A stretch of 39,895 nucleotides of DNA from a virus. Its lineage: Duplodnaviria > Heunggongvirae > Uroviricota > Caudoviricetes. The stretch is from the IMG/VR virus record IMGVR_UViG_2519899564_000019. The stretch is one strand, 5' to 3'. Position numbers and translations under genes: made by a program. This document shows positions 36,828 to 39,895 of the stretch, in pieces; the stretch's first letter is position 1; the number at the start of each line of letters is the position of its first letter. The notes under the pieces are model-generated. The model saw only the letters and a list, made by a program, of their open reading frames with translations, did no database searches and was not told where the DNA came from.

Positions 36828-37007
36828 ATGACATATATAAACGTCTGCCTGCTGTATTTCTGCACGGTGGTTTGTTGTCTGTTGCTTGTCAGCGGTGGTT
36901 ATAAAATTATTCGCAATTATTTTCGAAATAAAATTGATGCAGCTGCCGAGGAAAAGATAAAAAGCGGTGCTGTAATGCCGCAGCCGAAAGACTCCGGTCA
37001 GATTTAA
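36828..37007 (+). CDS. possible small membrane protein (59 aa), not in the ORF track
   Basis: ATG 36828 preceded by TAAGAGTGAGG; N-terminal hydrophobic Cys-rich segment VCLLYFCTVVCCLLLV, then a charged tail. Confidence 0.3.
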   Translation: MTYINVCLLYFCTVVCCLLLVSGGYKIIRNYFRNKIDAAAEEKIKSGAVMPQPKDSGQI

Positions 37008-37042
37008 TTTTTTGTGAACCAGAAAAGGAAAGGAGAATATTC

Positions 37043-37288
37043 ATGCCAGAGATTAAAGGCACGGTTACTGAAGAGCTTGTCAAACAGGCACTTTATTCTG
37101 AAGAAGTGAACCGCGTGCTGAAGGCGCAGGTTCGCAAGGATTTTGAGGCACAAATCGACGCATATGTTGATGAAGTGCTGGCCCGAATGGTTGGTCGTTC
37201 TCCGGCTGAAAACAGCACGGAAAATGAGCCTCAACCCGTAGAGCAACCAGAGCCGGTTCAACCCGGAACTGACGGTACTATGATGTAA
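37043..37288 (+). CDS. hypothetical small protein (81 aa) with acidic Pro/Glu-rich C-terminus
   Basis: ATG after AAAGGAAAGGAG; followed by an 8-bp-stem hairpin at 37298-37317. Confidence 0.4.
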   Translation: MPEIKGTVTEELVKQALYSEEVNRVLKAQVRKDFEAQIDAYVDEVLARMVGRSPAENSTENEPQPVEQPEPVQPGTDGTMM

Positions 37289-37297
37289 CAATACCGA

Positions 37298-37317
37298 CCG
37301 GCAGGTTTCCCTGCCGG
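37298..37317. terminator. Hairpin after the 81-aa gene (possible terminator)
   Basis: CCGGCAGG-TTTC-CCTGCCGG perfect 8-bp stem; the downstream tract is only partly T-rich. Confidence 0.4.
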
Positions 37318-37639
37318 GTGAATTTGTTAATGCACGTTTTGTGTATTTTCCCTCCGGGGAGAACAGGCAGGACATATCAGCATCCTGAAACAGGAAGCAT
37401 TTTTTGGTTTGTATGTCTTGCCATTTTGAGATCGAGAACGGCGATAGATGAGCTGTAAGGGAGTCTTACAGGCAGGGCAAACAGGCTCTTTATCCATGAT
37501 AAAGATCTCCTTTTTATGCATCTCTGCTTTACAGGAGACCGGGGAATATCATAGGATACGCCACGAGCTCGAAGTAAAGCATTGATGCAAAATTGTCTAA
37601 ATCGGCCCAGAATAGTTCGCGCTATCTGGGTCGCCCTTT

Positions 37640-37906
37640 ATGTATGTAGTATCCCATTGATTTGAAACATACTACATATACGCGCGATCCTACCGACACT
37701 GTATAAAAAGTCAATAAAATGATCATTTTATGATCGTTTTCACACGCTAACTCTTCGTTTTTCTTGAGTAAATAATCACCTCCCTGAATCATTGTTGATG
37801 ACTTTTCAATCTATTTGTTGTATCAATTAAACAAATCGAATCGATCGTTTTTGTCGATCGATTGCATGAGAAAGGCATCAACAACAAAGCAGGAGGTTAT
37901 GCGGCC
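37640..37906. promoter_or_regulatory. AT-rich com-mom upstream regulatory region with clustered GATC sites
   Basis: GATC at 37686, 37721, 37732, 37843 and 37856 (two closely spaced pairs, the last two inside CGATCG palindromes); perfect 10-bp inverted repeat TATGTAGTAT / ATACTACATA at 37642-37678; AGGAGG at 37891-37896 before com. Confidence 0.5.
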
Positions 37907-38107
37907 ATGTATCGAAACATACGGTGCCGACACTGCAATAAGCTACTGGCACGGGCCAGTTTCAGTTATCTGGAAGTAAAATGTCCGCGCTGTAAAACCC
38001 TCAATCAAATCACATCTCCGAGCGCCACAGAGCACCCCACATACACAAGGAAATCCTGTCGTGGGGAACAGAAAGCAAGTCACATCCCGTATCATCAGCA
38101 CGCCTGA
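37907..38107 (+). CDS. com: Com-like zinc-finger translational activator of mom
   Basis: ATG 37907 after [16 protein letters not shown]...CPRCK zinc-finger pattern parallel to Mu Com; 3' end overlaps the mom start. Confidence 0.75.
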   Translation: MYRNIRCRHCNKLLARASFSYLEVKCPRCKTLNQITSPSATEHPTYTRKSCRGEQKASHIPYHQHA

Positions 38108-38798
38108 ACTTATTCGCTATAACGACAATATCGTTGGTTATGGCTCCCGTGAGTTGCGGGTTGAGACAATAAGTTGCTGGCTGGCCAGACTGGTCATCGT
38201 CAATAAACATTACAGCCACCGTTTCGTAAATAACTCCTACCTTCATCTGGGTATATTTTCAGAACGGGAACTTGTTGGCGTAATGCAATGGGGTTACGCC
38301 CTTAACCCAAACAGTGGTGCACGCGTCGTAACGGGTACGCAGAACCGAGAATATATGGAGCTTAACCGGCTATGGATGCATGACTGTATGCCGAGAAACT
38401 CCGAATCAAGGGCAATCAGTTACGCGCTCAAGCTAATCAGGCAGCTTTATCCGCAGGTACAGTGGGTTCAGTCGTTTGCAGATGAGCGTTGTGGCTGTCT
38501 TGGTGTCGTGTATCAGGCAAGCAATTTTGATTATGTAGGCAGCCATGAATCAACATTCTATGAACTTGATGGCGAGTGGTATCACGAGATTTGCAGGAGT
38601 GCCATTAAACGAGGCGGACAACGAGGTGAACATCTGAGGGCTAATATCGACAGAGCCAGTGTGCATAAGTTCCGACAGTTTCGTTACATCCGGTTTCTGA
38701 ACAAGAGGGCCAGAAAACGCCTCAACACAAAGCTATTCAAAGTCCAGCCTTACCCAAAACCACAAACAGTTAAAACTGGTTTGAAAGAGAGTGAATGA
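38061..38798 (+). CDS. mom: Mom DNA-modification protein (adenine modification, anti-restriction)
   Basis: 245 aa; close match to Mu Mom as recalled ([71 protein letters not shown]); overlaps com. Confidence 0.9.
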   Translation: MGNRKQVTSRIISTPELIRYNDNIVGYGSRELRVETISCWLARLVIVNKHYSHRFVNNSYLHLGIFSERELVGVMQWGYALNPNSGARVVTGTQNREYMELNRLWMHDCMPRNSESRAISYALKLIRQLYPQVQWVQSFADERCGCLGVVYQASNFDYVGSHESTFYELDGEWYHEICRSAIKRGGQRGEHLRANIDRASVHKFRQFRYIRFLNKRARKRLNTKLFKVQPYPKPQTVKTGLKESE

Positions 38799-38834
38799 GC
38801 GCTTAAAAACTCATTCTAAAACTCAAAAGAAAAG

Positions 38835-38907
38835 CGCCGATTTAGTATCAAATAAGTTGCGTATCGGCGTTTTTCAGCGGTATCAAATGAAATGCAAATC
38901 GGTATCA
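38835..38907. repeat. Prophage right end: three direct GTATCAAA-containing repeats (candidate transposase binding sites) and terminal CA
   Basis: GTATCAAA at 38845-38852, 38880-38887 and 38902-38909 (exact end uncertain to about 20 bp); hairpin CGCCGAT...ATCGGCG followed by TTTTT at 38835-38875. Confidence 0.55.
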
Positions 38908-39895
38908 AAAAAATCGCCGCGCTATAATAGAGATCACTAATTTCAAAAGCACCAGGCGATACATAAGTTTGGTAAATGGTGTAACCATTTTGCTTAATCG
39001 TTATCTGGGCATTGCTTTTGGCGATACCACGCACCACAGGCGCAAACCCTTTCAGGCTGTCTGGCAGCATGTTGTCATCTGACGCCAGCTGCACACCACG
39101 AAAGCTGACACTATCGAAAAAATCGCCTGCAGTATAATCATCACCTACGGTCAGTTCGCCTTTTAGTGGAATAACCGCCCGCTGCAAATAGCTGCTGAGA
39201 TTCTTCCATTCTGCGGTTTGGCCACTACTGCGACTCCATGTTGAATTGTTGCGCAATCTCCATGGGCCTAAATTAACGCCACTGTTTAAATTCAGAAAAT
39301 AGCTGTCGCCAGAATCACTGTCTGCGCTGCTATGAATACTGTTAGCCCCGCTAAACGAATATCCCAGTAATAGCGCGTTGATCCCTTCATCCCAACGTTC
39401 AGGGGGGACATAACCACGGGCATTACTTTTGATGGCGATTTGCGGTACTGAAATTTCCAGACGGAGTTTATTCACATTAAACGTTACGCTGGCATCCGGA
39501 ATAATCTCCGCCAATGGCACACACGCTTGTTTGTCCAGTTGTTTAAAAGCCGGAAACGCATCAGTATTAACACCCATTGCATCCAGGCTTTCAGTCGTCA
39601 AACAGGCGGCAATCCCCTTCTCTGGCGTTATCTCAACAAAATTGACGTTGCGCGTATCTACAATTGTCTGATTCAGAACAATATCGACACGATAAACCCC
39701 TGGCGTTATTTTTTGTCCTTTTTCGAAACGAGACAAATCGGCCACCATTGAGGGATCATCTTTGAAAAAAGCAGGATCGAACCAGGTTTCAGCTTGTGCA
39801 TTGAACGCTGCCGACACAAACACCACCAGCCCACCAATAAACGATGGCACTCCACCAGAGCTTAACAGGCTGTGTTGTCGATGAGTTCTATACAT
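38908..39895 (-). pseudogene. Fimbrial usher (FimD/PapC family) N-terminal fragment, truncated by the prophage insertion
   Basis: Minus-strand ORF begins at the window edge with a signal peptide and an usher N-terminus (ARGYVPPERWDEGINA, FRGVQLASDDNMLPDS, ITIKQNGYTIYQTYVSPGAFEISDLY); after ...YSAA the frame runs about 32 codons into prophage sequence to a stop at 38816; ushers are normally about 800-900 aa. Confidence 0.75.

Larger units (their letters stand above)
1..38907 (+). mobile_element. Mu-like transposable prophage, partial (left end outside window; right end approx 38,907 +/- 20 bp)
   Basis: Colinear Mu-type gene order with DDE transposase plus MuB-like ATPase and no integrase; gam, Mor/C-family, gin, com and mom homologues recognisable in the ORF translations; direct GTATCAAA repeats at 38845, 38880 and 38902 near the end; usher-like reading frame loses family-like sequence at about 38,910. 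Confidence 0.9.

Noticed and set aside
37327-37521. Minus-strand 64-aa Cys-rich ORF as a gene
   Set aside because: It sits in an AT-rich regulatory stretch convergent on the upstream genes, with no clear ribosome-binding site; mentioned in a finding but not annotated.

Overview
Almost the whole window (1 to about 38,907) is a Mu-like transposable prophage; its left end lies upstream of the window and its right end interrupts a host fimbrial usher gene (about 38,908-39,895, minus strand). All calls rest on reading the supplied ORF translations and the DNA by eye; no database search or folding program was run. Gene order is Mu-type: repressor (minus) / AT-rich operator region / ner-A-B / about 6 kb of small early genes including gam and a gemA-like gene / terminator / Mor-C family activator / SAR endolysin and embedded spanins / terminase-portal-F-G-I-T head module / sheath-tube-chaperone-tape measure / baseplate / tail fibre S with a Gin-type invertible segment / gin / about 3.2 kb of cargo / com-mom / right end. 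The regions I would look at first are (i) a translationally coupled cassette of four unrecognisable early proteins at 6031-8488, and (ii) the cargo between gin and com, which carries a 682-aa protein with a GQSN-type esterase motif where Mu has nothing. No rRNA, canonical tRNA, CRISPR array or integrase was seen. Many minus-strand ORFs in the track are shadows of plus-strand genes and are not annotated.
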